Positions 1-34,100 of a stretch of 64,000 nt of DNA are shown here, one piece after another; position 1 is the first letter of the stretch; every line of letters begins with the position of its first letter. The notes beneath the pieces are model-generated. The model had not been told where the DNA came from. It was given only the letters and a program-made list of their open reading frames with translations, and made no database searches. Location of the stretch: the NCBI GenBank assembly GCA_964016885.1, contig OZ024743.1, forward strand, positions 238,204,001 to 238,268,000. Reading direction: 5' to 3'. The translations under genes and the position numbers were made by a program. The DNA comes from Eledone cirrhosa (lineage: Eukaryota).

Positions 1-239
1 AGCACTCCTACTGCCTTGACCACTTCCTGTTGCGCGCGCACCCAACATCTCCCCTCTTCCGACCATCTCTTCACGGATTCCTCGTATGTGGACCCTGACC
101 GCGGAATCAACTACCATCCTAGGATTTTACCAACCTTTCCACCACATCTTTCGGAATCACCTTCACGACTCACCCACACACACACCCCCAAAAATTTTTT
201 TTTCTCACACGCCACCTACACCCACAACACGCAAGGGGG

Positions 240-2872
240 GTGTTAGTGGGTGTTAATATTACATGTGGTGGGGAAAGGGTTGAAAGCGGGTGTGTATGTG
301 GGGGGTTAGTGGTGGTTGGGTGTGTGGAGTGGGTGGTGTACATAGGTGTGTGTGTGATGGTGTGTGTTCGTGTGCGTGGGTTCGGGGGGAGGTTAGTGAT
401 GTTAGTTGTGGGGTGGTCAGAGGGGATGTGTGGGTAAGGGTTAGTGGTAGCAGTAGGGTGTGTGGAAAGTGTGAGTGCGTGTATATATGTTCAGGTGGGT
501 GTGTGCGTGTTGGGTGGAGGGGTGGGGATGTTAGCATTGTTAGTTGGGGAGGGCCGGGGGGTGTTAGTATTGTTTGTTGTGGGATGGGCCAAGGGGGTGG
601 GGCAGTGAAAAGGAGGAGTGTGTTAGTGGTGTTAGAGGTGTTAGTGTTAATGTGTGGGGGGAAGGGTGGGCGGTCGAAGGCTAAAGGAGTAGGGGTGGGG
701 AGTTTATGCCGGGGGTTGTGTGGGTCTGTAGGGTGAAGATGGTGCGTTGTTCGACCGTGAGGCGGGTGGCGGGTGTTCCATGGTATTGGAGTAGGCCGCA
801 GACTGTGAGGTGGAGTGCGGAATGTCCAGGGGAGCGAAAGTGGCGGGCTTTCGGGGAACTCCCGCCGAGGCGAATATCCCGGAGGTGTTCCGTGAAACGG
901 TCCGCCAGGCGACGTCCAGTCTGTCCGTCGTAGGTTGCGCTGCACTCCGTGCAGCGAATTCCATAGACCAGGTTGGAGAAGGTGCAGCGGAAGGCGTGCC
1001 GGACAGAGAGAGAGTGGCCGTTGGGACCATGGAAGGTGGTGGTGTTGGTGGTGTGGGGGCAGGTGTAGCAACGAGGTCTGGAGCAGGGAAGGGATCCGGG
1101 GGGGAGAAGAGCGTGGGTTGGGGGTAGGGAGCTGTGGACGAGGAGTGTGCGAAGGATGCGTGCGCGTTGAAGGAGGGGAGGTGTGCGGATGGAAAAATGG
1201 GGGAGGTGGAGGGGTCGGACTGGAGGCGTCGGAAGAGGCGGAGGATGGTGCGGTGGAGGGGAAGTGTGGAGGGGTGGTAGGTGATGGGGAAGTTGAGACG
1301 GTGGGTGGATGTGCGGTGGTGTGGGGTGAGGGCGGTGGAGCAGTGGACAGCATGGGCGCGAGTGAGGGCGGTGTGGACGAGGGGGGGGGGATCTCGCCGG
1401 ATGAAATGGCTGACTAGGGAAAGAGCCTGGGACTCAAAGTCAGCATCTCGGCTGCAGAAGCGGCGGATCCGGAGGAGTTGGGAGTAGGGAATAGAGTGTT
1501 TAGTGTGTGTTGGGTGGGAGGAATGGGAGTCGGTGGGTTTGAAGAAGGCGGAGGTGACGAGGGAGCGGTGGGAGGGGTCGATGGCGATGGAGATGTCTAA
1601 GAAGTGGACGTGGGTGGTGGAGATAGAGGTGGTGAAGTGGAGGGAGAGGTGGAAGGAGCAGAAAAAGGAGAGGAAGGGGTCGAGCTGTTCTCGGGTGAGG
1701 GTCGTGGCTCCGATACAGTTGTCAATGTAACGACCGTACAGTTCGGGCGTGGGGCCGGTGTACCGGGCAAAGATTTGGGCCTCAACATGGCCAACGAAAA
1801 GGTTAGCATAGTTTGGGCGCATTCTTGTGCCCATGGCTACCCCCGTGACCTGTTGGTAAGACTCACCCGAGAAGGAGAAGCAGTTGAGGGTGAGGACCAG
1901 CTCGGCGAGGCGAAGAAGGGTGGGGGTGGAGGGGATGGGAGAGGGGCGAAGGTCGAGGTAGTGCTGGAGGGCACGTAGGCCACCGGAGTGGCGGATGACA
2001 GTATAGAGGGACTTGATATCTAGAGTGAAGTGAGGGGGTGTGGGCCGGGTGCTAGTGAACGAGTCGAACAGGCGAAGGGCGTGTTTGGTATCGGAGATGG
2101 GAGAGGGGTGGTGGTGACGAGGGGGGGGGATGGAGTCAAGAAAGGCGGAGATGAGTTCGGTGGGGCAGTTGCAAGCGGAGACGATGGGGCGGCCGGGGTT
2201 GTCGGGTTTGTGGAGTTTGGGGAGGAAGTAGATAGTAGGGGTGCGGGTTTGCGGACGATGAGGTGGGAAGAGGTGGGAGGGAGAAGGGAGGAGGAGACAA
2301 GGTGTTGGATGGTGGAGAAAACTTGTTGTTGGTAGAGGGGTGTGGGGTGGGAGGGTAGAGGGCGGTAGAAGCGGGTGTGACGGAGCTGCCTGAGGGCTTC
2401 GGCCGTGTAGAGGTCAGCGCGTCACACCACCACGGCGCCTCCCTTGTCCGCCGGTTTCATGACGATGTCATCTCGGCTACGGAGGGAGCGGATAGCGAGG
2501 AGTTCGCCCCGTGAGATGTTATGCCGTTTGGAACGGTGGCGGAAGTCGAAACGATTTACTGCGCTACGGCAGGCGTCGACGAACGTGTCCAGGGTGCTAA
2601 ATGGCCCTCGGGCCGGCGTCCAAGACGGAGGTCGTCGGCCCAGGGCGAGAAACGGGTCTGGGGCGTTCGGAGCCGGTGGGGTTATATGGAAATGTGCCTG
2701 TAGCTTCGTGCGTCGCACGAATCGTTCGACTTCAGTTCGGGTGCGGAACTCGTCGCTGTGCGGAGTGTGGGGTATGAAGCGAAGGCCTCGACTGAGGAGT
2801 GAGCGCTCAGGTGCGGAGAGGGGGAGGTAAGGGGGTATGGTGACAACAAGTGGGGGCCGGAGGTGGGTGCTG
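240..2872 (-). mobile_element. Degenerate Neptune-type Penelope-like retroelement (RT + C-terminal GIY-YIG), CDS about 2870-681 with stops/frameshifts, CA-rich 3' UTR
   Basis: Minus-strand motifs LSRGLRF, KPADKGGAVVV*R, MGTRMRPNYANLFVG, RYIDN (YIDD mutated), HFLDISI, linker CSRPRCYTC (Cx4CxxC, Neptune-like) and NLVYGIRC...YDGQTGRRLADRFTEH (GIY-YIG); stop at 681-683. Confidence 0.9.
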
Positions 2873-3245
2873 TGTGGGTATATATATATATATATAACGA
2901 AGGAGTTGTGGTAAGGAACCAGATGGACCATAACGCACCAGAGTACTCAATACTTAGTGTAGTAGAGTGGGTAATTATATATATATATATATATATATTG
3001 GCGTGTGTCTGTGTGTGTTTATGTATGTGTGCATGTAAGTGTGTGTATCGAAAACTACGGGAGGTCATGATAGTAATGTTTTTGATCATATATCTGATCA
3101 AACAGTATTGATCTGAGGCTAAAAACAACAACACCAACAAAAACAATAACAATAAAACAAAAACAAAAACAACCACACCAACAAAAACGACAACAACAAC
3201 ATGTATTCAATATATACTGATCTCGTTATATGAATGTCGTTTCAG

Positions 3246-19441
<16,196 letters not shown>

Positions 19442-20189
19442 AAAGCGATGAATTATATTTGAAATGAAAGTATTGGAGAACAATGTGAAATCACTTTTTT
19501 TAAATATGAAACCGTACTTTTACCATTTGTTTTCTGATTTTGTAGAGAGAAACGAAGTCATCGATTTAAATAGCACCAGTATCTTATAGATATTTATTGT
19601 GTGGATCTCGGACGGATAAATTAAGAATAATAATATAAAATGAGCAAAAGAAAGTCGATACTAATATAGTGTGAAGCTGAAAACACAGAGAGAGACGTGA
19701 TAAACATCATAACGCAACTCTGCAATCTTTATATGATTTCTAATTCAAGCAAAAACGATAGCAATTTAAGATAGAGAAAAGTCGATTAAATCAAGTCCCA
19801 GTACATCACTGGTACTATATTTTATCAATCCCCAGAAGAATGAAAGACAAAGTTTATCTCGGCATGGTTCGAAAACATCCCAGAAGGTTCTATAAAGTTA
19901 AGGAAATAAGAGAAGTTTCTGCCGATCTACTGGATTGGACCACAGTCTTTACAGGTTACTTCCCCAAATGATTGGACACAGCCTATTCCAGACAATTAGT
20001 TGAGAAGATGAAAATGACACTATTAATTTTTCTAGAGAAATCTTCCTCTTGTAGAAACAAAGATACGCTGAATACTAAAAAAAGAGGAAGATTTTTCGCT
20101 ACAAGAAGTAGGTCTCTAATCTAATATAATGATTTCATCTATAGGTAGAAGGCCATTAATTTTTGTGTGTGTGTGTGTGCGTGTGTGTG

Positions 20190-21195
20190 GGAGTCGATTA
20201 AATCGACCCCAGTGCATTACTGGTGCTCTATTTTATTGGCCTCGTAAGGATAAATTGCAAAGCTAACCTCGGCGGGATTTGAACTCAGACCATAAAGGGT
20301 CGTAACTCTATGACTGCAAAGCATGGTGTCCGGTGCTCAACCGATACTGCCAATCTACTGGACTAACCTGATATAAAATAATTGAATATAATAGTTTTAT
20401 CTATTGGTTTCTAGCATTGGGTAAAAGGTTAGAAATTAAGTGGCGAAGTTTGATAGAGCTGATTAATCCTTTACACAGAACTTGTCCGATTCGCCCCGGA
20501 GAGAGGAAAAGCAAAGTTAACCGCAGAGCTGGAAATATTCATTAGTTAAGCAAAACAAGACCACAAATTTCACAAGGAAGACATTATTAAAACATTGTCA
20601 ACATATTTTAGTTTGATGTAAGGAATGTAGAGAATAATAATAATAGTAATAATATTAATAATAATTGTTTCTACTTTTGGCACAAGGCCAGCAAATTCCC
20701 CAGTGCATTACTGGTACTTTATTTTATCGACCCCGTAAGGATGAAAGGCAAAGTTAACCTCGGCGGGATTTGAACTCAGAATAGCAAGGGCCGTAACTCT
20801 ATGCGTCAAAGCATGGCGTCCGACCCTCTACCGATACTGCTTAATAATAATAATGTCCGTTTACAATTGTTTCGCTACTCCATATAACATTTCTGGATCA
20901 GATGACTATATATCATAATTGATCTGGTTCAGTTGAAAATAATTAACATATTTAAAAGACAGAACGGCTCATCGGAACTTCAAAGGAATATAAATTAAAA
21001 TAATGAGAGAATGTTACATAATATAATTGTTTCTACTTTAGGCACAAGGCCAGCAATTACCCAGTGCAGTACTGATACTTTATTTTATCGATCCCGTAAG
21101 GATGAAAGGCAAAGTCAACCTCGGCAGGATTTGAACTCAGATCGTAAAGGGACGTAACTATGCTGGAAAGCAGGGCGTCCAACCCTCTACCGATA
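20190..21195 (-). mobile_element. Cluster of three SINE family 1 copies (20190-20360, 20661-20841, 21022-21195)
   Basis: Reverse complement of the family consensus. Confidence 0.85.
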
Positions 21196-21299
21196 TGTTC
21201 CATATATTGGTTTTTCACTATGGTGTCTTGGTTGCATCAGTTGTCAGCCATAATCAAGCAGTATTCATCTGCCGAGGCTGCATTGTGTGAGATCTGCCT

Positions 21300-21910
21300 A
21301 TGTGTAACAAGATGGCTGCCAAAGGACATATTTACCTTACTAATTAGAGGGTGGTTTCAGGGGAAGTAACTCCTCGAGAGATTAGAAATGGTGGGTATTT
21401 ATAGTTAAGTGCTAATTTTTAAATTTTTTAATTGAGAGACAATGTGAGGGAGGTAACTTATAATTATCTAAGTTGTTCATAGCTATTTAACTTATTAGCT
21501 ACAATTAAAAATGGGGCTAGATGACTAAGTTGGGTCAAATATTCTATTGGCGAAGGAATTAGCCCTTCGATGTTGACAGCTAATAGTTACCTCCGTTCTA
21601 TCGTTAATCGGTAGAGGTCGTGGTAGAGTTATGTAATATGCTTCTGTAATACAGAGATCACAAGATTTTCTTCGTCCATTGAACGGTTGGGCCCTAGCTA
21701 CGATATCCCATTTTAGTGAGTGTTGAACGTTGTTTAATTTAAGGTTTTTAATGAGCCTAGCTAGCGATGTTAAACATCTGTTGCTAGGGTCTCGGAAGGA
21801 AAAAGAGTGCGCGTTATAGCGTACCTTAAAAGGGTTAGAGGTAGACCCGATATAAGAGCTCGTATTCGAAGCAGTTTTAACCGTGCACCTATAGACTATG
21901 TTGGGTGTCA
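21300..21910 (-). mobile_element. Hydra-type PLE 3' fragment (GIY-YIG domain, stop at 21525)
   Basis: NIVYRC...YIGSTSNPFKVRYNAH, CDLC, SCQH. Confidence 0.85.
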
Positions 21911-22537
21911 TATAAAGAGAGAGAGAGAGTGAGTGACTATATAAAGAGAGAGAGAGTGAATGGTATTGTTTTGGATGCAAGCTATTATTCAAAATGATAA
22001 CATTTCTCTCTCTTCCTCACTCTTTGACAACATTAGATTTCTTACTGCAAACCTTGTCTTTCCTCACTTCAGGGTCGATAAATAAAGTACCAGTCTAATA
22101 TGTGTTTAGATCTTTTTTCTTTCACCTCTCTCTTACTCTGGAAGAAATTGGCTGTGGTCAGACCTAGAGAATGATGGGCTTTATAAAGTTTAAGAACACA
22201 CCAATGCATATCACAGTATATCACGTTGGTGCTCCCTACAACCCCATCAATTCTAACAGTATATGCCCGACCATCTGCTAATCTACATAATGCAATCCTG
22301 AATTTCGATAAAAGAAGAAAACAAAAATATTAAAATATCTGAATAATTAAAAAAAACAACAAAAAAAAATACATTTTTATAGAAATCTGAATTTATTTTT
22401 ATTTTAAATTTAATTACTTTATTTTTGAAATTTGGAAATATGTTTTCTTTTTCTTTATTTATTCATTTTATATTATTTCTTTGTCATTTTAATATCACAG
22501 TTTTGTTTCTTCATTTCCAATCGGCTATGGACACTGT

Positions 22538-22800
22538 TTGGTTAAATGGTTAATGAGTTCGCTATGTAATCAATAGGTCATGGGTTCGATCCCACCACGT
22601 GGAACCTCAGGTCAACCAATGCTTTATGAGTGACATTAAATAGACGAAAACTGCTTGATAGCCCGTCAGATGGACTGTTCTTAATATCGCTATAAACAAG
22701 ATACTTTATTTAACATTATTCCAGCCCATTCAACTGGAAAAAAGGTGTTGCATCTGCAAATCAAACAGTTAGCCTTGTCACATGATGAGGCACAATGAAA
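22538..22800 (+). mobile_element. tRNA-derived SINE family 3 (also about 41660-42012 - and 51280-51590 +)
   Basis: TGGTTAAATGG A box, GGTTCGATCCC B box, shared gagtgaaatt...gacggaaa...gaagcccgtc segment. Confidence 0.65.
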
Positions 22801-23569
22801 CTCGGCGAGATTGACATTAAGGAAACTCGTGTCTGTGAAATGCTCAGCCACTCGCACGTTGATTTCACAAGTAGGCTGTGAAACCAGAAGAAATTCCAGT
22901 CAGTTCGTCCGGCCGTGCCGGTACGGAAAAGTGGATGTAAAAAACCAATAAAATAATAAACACACTCCCATATGTATGCCACTCCCTTCGAATTAGACCC
23001 CTCGGACAGTGTGAGGCGGAGATATGGCCTCCCCCCCCCCCAAAAAAAAGCACGGAAAGGGCCAGAAATTCTAATTTTAATATCATTCCAACAAAAGTTT
23101 GGTCCAGGCTAACGACTGAAAGGGAACTGGGATCCCTAGCAATTTGACACCAAATCTACACCAACATCAATACATTTACAACAAGAGAATCAGCATTTCT
23201 CTTCTCGTAAAAAGAGGAAACAAAAATGCATAAGAACAACAACATTAGCAAACTAATACAATCATTTTGCATCAACTTCACAGTTGTTCGAAAGAGCAAC
23301 TGTGAGCTGATGGATGATGTAGGTTTTAATAAACTAAAAAAACAAAACGCCACCTGGCAGACTCTTAGTCTGCACAGACGCTAAAACATATAAAACATAT
23401 AAAACATATAAAGTACAAATTCTCCCGGGATGTAGGGCCTTTCAGCTTAAACCCCAACAAAAATCCCCTGAAAAGAGATTTTTTATCAAAAGAGAAGACT
23501 AGATTAATCAATTTTTCAAAGCCCTAGGTAAGTGACCTCTTTCCCTTTCCTTTACGATTTTCGACTAAC

Positions 23570-24179
23570 ATGGCTACATTCAGTATAAATGTGCGTGGCC
23601 TGGAGTCATCATGGAATCAAGACCACTTGCAGAACGATCTCAGATCAATAAGAATAGATGTAGTTACCATCAGCGAGACCAGAATTTCCGGAACGTGTTC
23701 TTTCGCTCCCGCTTTCGATGACAACGAGGCGTTTGCATTTAGTAGTCTGTCGAAAGCGAGAGTTGGGGTGGCAATGCTGTTCCGGGAAGATGTGAATCTC
23801 AATGTGAAGACGTTCTTTTGTAACTCAGATGCTAAGATGGTGGTGCTGGATGTGATTGGTAATGAATGAGGCGCCATTAGACTAATGGCCGTTCTGATTT
23901 ATTTGGGTTCCTCGAAGCTTTCCTAGGAACGTTTCTTCTCTAGTGTTAGTTAGGAATTTCAACTGCAACTTAGATGTACAAGGCGATTGCATAGGATTAG
24001 TCCATAGAAGAAGGAAACGCAACAGCCTCGTAAATTTACTCCGCTCTTTCCAATTGTCTGACAGGTACCGATAAGATTTTCCACATGCAGAAGTGTGGGC
24101 ATGCAGCAACCACAAGGGGTCATCCAGATCGTACCTAGATAGAGTATTTATTAGACCAGCAGACGAAGATAAAATAGGG
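23570..24179 (+). mobile_element. Degenerate Tx1/L1-like LINE, APE endonuclease part (continues at 27691)
   Basis: SINVRGL, ISETRI, GNFNC, SRSYLDRVFI. Confidence 0.8.
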
Positions 24180-27690
<3,511 letters not shown>

Positions 27691-29400
27691 ACAATTTAAT
27701 CTGGTTGGCTAAACAGATCACAAATTCATGATCTGCACGGTGGACCTAGATATAATTTACAGAAAAGGTTCTAGATACGGGAAACTAAATGCATCCTCCT
27801 TGGCTCACAAAGACTACAGAACCTGAATTAGCTATGTAGTTAAGCGGCAGTCGATGGAGTGATCGTCAAAAAGAGGTGGTGGGGATGCTCTAAAAAGCCA
27901 TTAAAGTAGTAACTGTAAGGTATAGTAAAGAATTAGCAGTAGAGAAAAACAGACTAGGGAGAGAACTAGTGAGCAGTTTAGAAGGGATGATTAGAAAAGA
28001 CATCGCAATTGAATGGCCCTCCACCCTTTCTTCAATGTAAAACATGAAGGTTGCGTAATCAGCCAAGGTTCGTACACTAGGACATGAGAGAACGAAGGCT
28101 GTACTGTGGACCCGTATGGCAGAAGTGTGACGTGGTGAAAAAAGCCACGATTCGGTCTTTAACGGACCAAGACAGCCATGTGCTAATCAGACATCACCAG
28201 ATGTATGCAGCCTTTCAGCGGCCCTTTGCTCTACAGTTCGATGCGAGCGACAGGTCAGTGGAGACGGTGACGGAGTTCAGAGTCTACTTCGTTGACAAGC
28301 CGCAAATATCGGCGAAGGAGGGAACTAGCTGCAACAAACCGATAACAGCCACCGAGATACAGTCGGGCAATGAGCGGGTGCATAAGACGCAATTCATTTG
28401 GTTTAGATGGTCAACCTATGAATTTTACGAGTTTATGCTAAACTTGTTTGACGACCTCTTAGCTGACGTCTACCGCAACTGGCAGGAGAACGGGAGAATT
28501 TCCAGTTCTGTGAGTAGAGGCGTTGTAAGGCTGTTGAGAAAAGAACCCAATAAGGAGGGATAGTTTGATTATTTTCGGCTTAAAATCCTGCTAAACACTG
28601 AATTTAAGATTTTAAACAAAATATTGGCAAAGAGGTTGAACTGGTCGGAGAATCACAGATGTGCGTAATTCCGAACAGATCCACCCGCGACAACCTTTAT
28701 CTCATACGATACCTTATAGGGAGGGTAAGTAAGAAATCTGACTTCGGTGGGACTCTGATCAATCTGGATCAGTCAAAGGCCATTGATTGGGTTGACCATA
28801 GCTACCAGTCAGCTGTCCTCGAAACAGCTGGTTTCGATCCTGTTTTCAGAGGCCGGATCACTGTATTTCGCTGTAGCATCAGATCGGTCGTCAAAGTAAA
28901 CGGTAACCTCTGGGTGCCTTATAACATTACGCGCTCCGCCCGTCAAGTATGCCCTCTTTCGTGGTTTCTATATATGTTAACTCTCGAGCCACTACTGCGG
29001 AAGCTGGAGCTGTTAATGGGCACACCCGCCTTGAACTGCGAGGAGGAACAATGAGAGCGGTGTTAGCTTATGCAGACGAGGTCACCGTAATGGTGTCGTA
29101 CTTCACGGATGTAGAAGTAGTCGGCACCGTTTTAAAGGAATACGAGGTGCTGTCAGGGGCAAATCGTTGGTCTGCAGCTCAGCAATCAGAAAGCCGGTCC
29201 ATGCATTTGAACAGCGTCGTAGGCCGATGGACGGATGCGCCTGTTAAACTATTTGGCTTCTGGTTCGTCCCAGACCTCCAGGTTGACAGGAATTGAGATG
29301 AGGTTACGACCTGGGTGGCCAGTCTCACTCTCTCCAAAATGGGCTGAGAGGAAGCTGTTCCTAAAAGGTCTGGCAGAGTTCACTGTCTATCGCCTCACTA
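27691..29400 (+). mobile_element. Degenerate Tx1/L1-like LINE ORF2 (RT)
   Basis: TDHKF, RGVVRLLRK, LLNTEFKIL, NLDQSKAIDWVDH, RSARQVCPLS, AYADEV. Confidence 0.85.
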
Positions 29401-30940
29401 CAAACAAACAAAATATGCACCACTCCAATACAAACAAAACACATTGATGACCTTAAAGCAACCCGTAGACACTTCTGAATTGTTTGCTGTATTCTATCTT
29501 CTTTAGTCTATATTTTTTCTTTACTTTCTTTCCCTTTCTTGTTTTCACTGCCTTCTTCTTGCTGAGTTCCTCCAAGTTAGATATTTCTCCTCTTATAAAA
29601 TCGATTTCTTTCCCCATCTTTTCCTTTCATTTATATTTTCTGTGCTACATAATTCTGTTTCTTTTTTCTTGACGAATAATTTTGATTCAAATATTGTGGC
29701 TGAGGCAAAGATGAGCTGGTTGAGTCCAGACATATTAAACTTTATCGTGTCGAGAATATTTTTAATTGAAGCGATTCCCATCCTCACGTATCTATTGATT
29801 AGTGTTATTATGTGGTGGTGTTCAGTAACGAGGGATAGATGTGGAATTTATCCTGTCAGGGTGACCATCCTGAACAATATAGATGGAGGAGCTTGTTTTA
29901 GTGCTACACTTTCCATCCCTTGTTTAACCACACGCACGTTCATAATATTTGTTCTGTTTAAATTATGTTAAAATGTTTTGTATTTTATTGCTTGTTGCCA
30001 GGAGATTCTTTTAACGTTCACTTCTCTATAATAAACACATTCCTACCAACTGTCTCTGATTATTTCAACAATATCAATACTTTGTTGTGAGGTTGCGAGT
30101 TCGATTCCCGGACCAGGAGATACTATATGTCCTTGACCAAGACACTTTATTTCACTTTGCTCTTTCTGCCAAGAGTTGCAACCGGTAGATGGTATCATAA
30201 ATGTAAGTTAAATGGAAACATTGTTCCCTTGGTCCAATTTGATGAGGAAGCGAACGAGGTCTGGGATCTTGTCGATCGTTAAAAAAATACGTTGTTTCGT
30301 TTTATATGCGTTAATATTTAAATGTTCAAGATTAAATAATGACGTAGAAAGAACATGATTGTGTAATCATTATGAAGTTTTCTATTAAAGATAATTGTCA
30401 TAAACACCAAGATTATGATAATGAGGAAATTTACATATATCCTATTACATTCTTTATTTTACGATACACAGACAAATAACCTCTATTATTCAGAACTGAT
30501 GAAAGAGGAAAAAAAGAAAAGTAAGAAATATTAATGATTTTACATTCTGGTTTTATCTCGCTTGAATAATAATATTATCTTTAACTTTTATATTTGTTAT
30601 TCATTGACTAGTTTCAATCATTGGACTGTGATCATAGTGTTATATACCACACCCAGCCACATTGGTAAGACATTAAGTATTAATGTTTCAAAACATTTTT
30701 GAAAAATACAAATCAGCATTGTGACTGCACTATCTGAAGCGATAACGTCTTTTTTTCACATACTACACATTTTCAGAATAACCTATTCACCAGTAAAGAT
30801 ACTATAAACATTTGGATTGACAAACCAGCTTTTAGATATTTTCCGCTAAATAATTACAGGATATTAACGAATTGTTAACGACCTTGTGACCAGTAAATTC
30901 CCCGATCGTATTACGTTAGAATCCCCCCACCCTAATCTTC

Positions 30941-30990
<50 letters not shown>

Positions 30991-31135
30991 CCAAAGATTA
31001 ATATGGTTCATTGATTACTCAATGAATACAATTTTACAATAGATTAAAAGCACTCAACAGTGGGCTTTCTAGGAGTTTTTAATATTATTCAAAATATTAA
31101 CAAATGAAGGATATTCACATAATCAAAATATATGC

Positions 31136-31196
31136 TGTATTATATATATTTCAAAGGTACTGCCTTGTTTTTTCAGTACGACTTCATCAGATAAAA
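31136..31196 (-). ncRNA. Type I hammerhead ribozyme in PLE pLTR
   Basis: TTTTAT CTGATGA agtcGTACTG...CAGTACcttt GAAA TATATA TA ATAC. Confidence 0.75.
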
Positions 31197-34100
31197 TATA
31201 TGATTTGATATATGACATACCGCTACGGTCTTGATTATACAATTCCAGTATTGGCAGTGATTTATTTCATCAAATCTTAATGTTTATATACCACAAATAA
31301 TATGATAAACTTAAAGAAGAAAAATACGTAGAGCAAATTAGAGATATGAGAGAGGGTGTAAATAAGAGGAAAGGCAAGAAAAAAAAAATAAATACATACA
31401 TAAATACCTACATAAATAGATAAATGAATAAAAAATAAATGGATGAATGAGTAAAAGAAATATATAAAAAAGAAAAGAGGAATAACGAGAAAAGAGGGAA
31501 GGTGTAAGGAAAATGAAGGGAACAGAGGGGGGGGGGGGGTAAATAAAATAAAGAAAATAAAGGAAACATCAAATAGAGGGGGATAGAGAAAAAATCGTTG
31601 TTTTCAAATGCTAGATCAAATAGGGCATCCAATCAATTCAACTAAACAATTGAATATCTTTAGTATTTGATTATGCATTAGCTAATTATACTTATATATT
31701 ATATCAAAATTAATCAGTATAGATTATTTTCCATAGTAATCACATATATAGTTTAATTAAAAATTTATATAATTTAATTTAACTCATTATAGATTATTAT
31801 TTTTAATTTTAAGGTAAGATATTCTATAAATAATTTGTTACAACTTTAAACGAATTAATCATTAAAGCGTATTTAAATAATTATTACATATGTATTAAGA
31901 TCTAATACCATACATAAATCCCCATCAATACAAATAAAATGTTTAGATCATATAATACTCAAATTATTCAATTATGATATTCTCTTTATAAAATGTTTAG
32001 TATTCTTTAATTTTCATTTAATTTCTAGGATTAAACTGCAGTTACATTTACTCACAAAAGCTAATTTCATTAATTTACTGAAAGGTTATATTTACTTCTG
32101 TATTTACTTCTGTATTTTCAGTTTCATTTTAATGATAGTCTGTATATTATTATTCTACATATTTCAAAACTAATATAATTCAGCAAGCTAGACAAAAAGA
32201 AGAACATTTTACGGACAATGTAAACAAATGGAAGATAACGCATTCACCATATACAAACATTTATAACATATCTCTACTCACTCATTCCACGATATTTCGA
32301 AAACCATAAATCATCTATTGCAAATATCATAAAAGATGTCTAGTTAAATATTGAACTGTCCTAATTAAAACATAGGATAACGAGACTGTTAATTAAATCA
32401 TTCTAATACATATCAATAATTCTAATATACATATCGATAAATTATTACCACAATAAGGCAAAAACATATATATATATATATATTAAATTATTAATTGTTT
32501 TTTGTTTTTCGAAACTTGTAGAATGCCTGGAAAGTTTTACCAATTTTATGGTGACAACTACTGAATAATTCATTTTTTTTTTTGTTGATTAAATTGTCAT
32601 AATTTGTAATTATCTGTAGAGTCTCGAAATTACAAAGATTGCAATTTTGTGAAATAGTTGCGTTCTGATAGGAATTGGCTTTCTTTAATTTGGTCCAAGA
32701 GATAGAGTATTTTGTATTATTGTCCTTTAAAGACCATATTAATTGCGAAAGTGAAGTTGAACATTTCTTATCTGGTTTAACAAAAGACTGTCTATGATTA
32801 TCCAACGTTCCTTAAACTTAGATGAAGTGGCACCAATATATATTATTATTTGTCTTAATGGTACATTTATATACTAGAATCTTGTCAAGGAAATTATTTT
32901 GTAAAGGACATTCGGACTTCCTTCTACAATTACATTTCTTCTCAATGTTATTTCCAGACCTTAAACTATTCACATTATTATTTACAGGTGTTCTACTATT
33001 AGTAGTATTTAAACTATTATTTTTATTCCCGTTAACTAATGTATTGTTATTATTATTGTTATTATTGCTAATTATATGTTGGTTCAAATTAAGATTTTAA
33101 ATATTTTTTTTGCTATATTTTGAACAATATTCATAGTTGTTGAATACGTTTAACTGTGTGCCTATTGAAAATAGAGTAATATTTGTGCGATCTAGGGAAG
33201 CATTTATCCAAGGCTTTAAAAAATAAGTGTAGTGTGCTACCGGTGTTTTAATAGCTAAAGATGCTGGCGGAGCATACCAAATTATAGATCTAGTTCTTAT
33301 TTTTTCCCCCGATTTATTCCTCAAGTTGTTGTTTTTATATTCCTTTTTATTATGATTAGTGTGATTATAATTAATATTATTTTCACTATTTTTTCTACAT
33401 ACTCAATATTATTGTTATATCCGGCTTTATGTAACGCTTCATTATAATATACAGCCTTACTATTAAATATGGATCTATTAGCAGATAGCCTGGATATTCA
33501 TTGCTGTACACTGTTGACTATTGCATTCTTAACACTTTCTTAACCCATTCTTAACACATTCTTAACACATTCTTAACACAAGTAAGGATTTATTGGATAT
33601 TAATAATGATGCATTTGGAATAGAGCGGAAAACCAAACCTTTCACACCAAAGTAACCGCGGATAAATTTTAAATACCATAAAAGAAATTTCGAGGAGGGC
33701 CTGCCAGTTAGACTTATATCACCTTCAAAATCAGATCTTGGAATAATTAGTAAAAATATAAAAGATAAGATTTTACCAACTCTTAAATTGAGGTCATGGC
33801 TAAACCTATGAAAAGGCACTAGTGAAGTCATAGATTGCTTCAATAATATCAAAAATAAAAATAATTATAAGTTCATTCACATGGACATAACGAGTTATTA
33901 TTCCTCGATAACTCCTAATCTCTTATATAAGGCGTTATCATATGCATATAAACATACTGACTTATCTAGTGATGAGATAAATATTATATTAACAGCAAGG
34001 CGAACTTTGATTGATTTTAATAATGATCTTTGGACTAGATCGGATAGATAGAAGAATTTTGACATTACTAGGGGTTCGTCTGATTCGGCGCAAGTTACGG

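Noticed and set aside
2420-2424. In-frame TGA in PLE RT as possible selenocysteine (known in some Naiad PLEs)
   Set aside because: It aligns to Trp (VVVWR in the copy near 26230), so it is a TGG-to-TGA nonsense mutation.
240-2830. Many plus-strand Gly/Val-rich ORFs
   Set aside because: Antisense shadows of the C-rich Neptune element.
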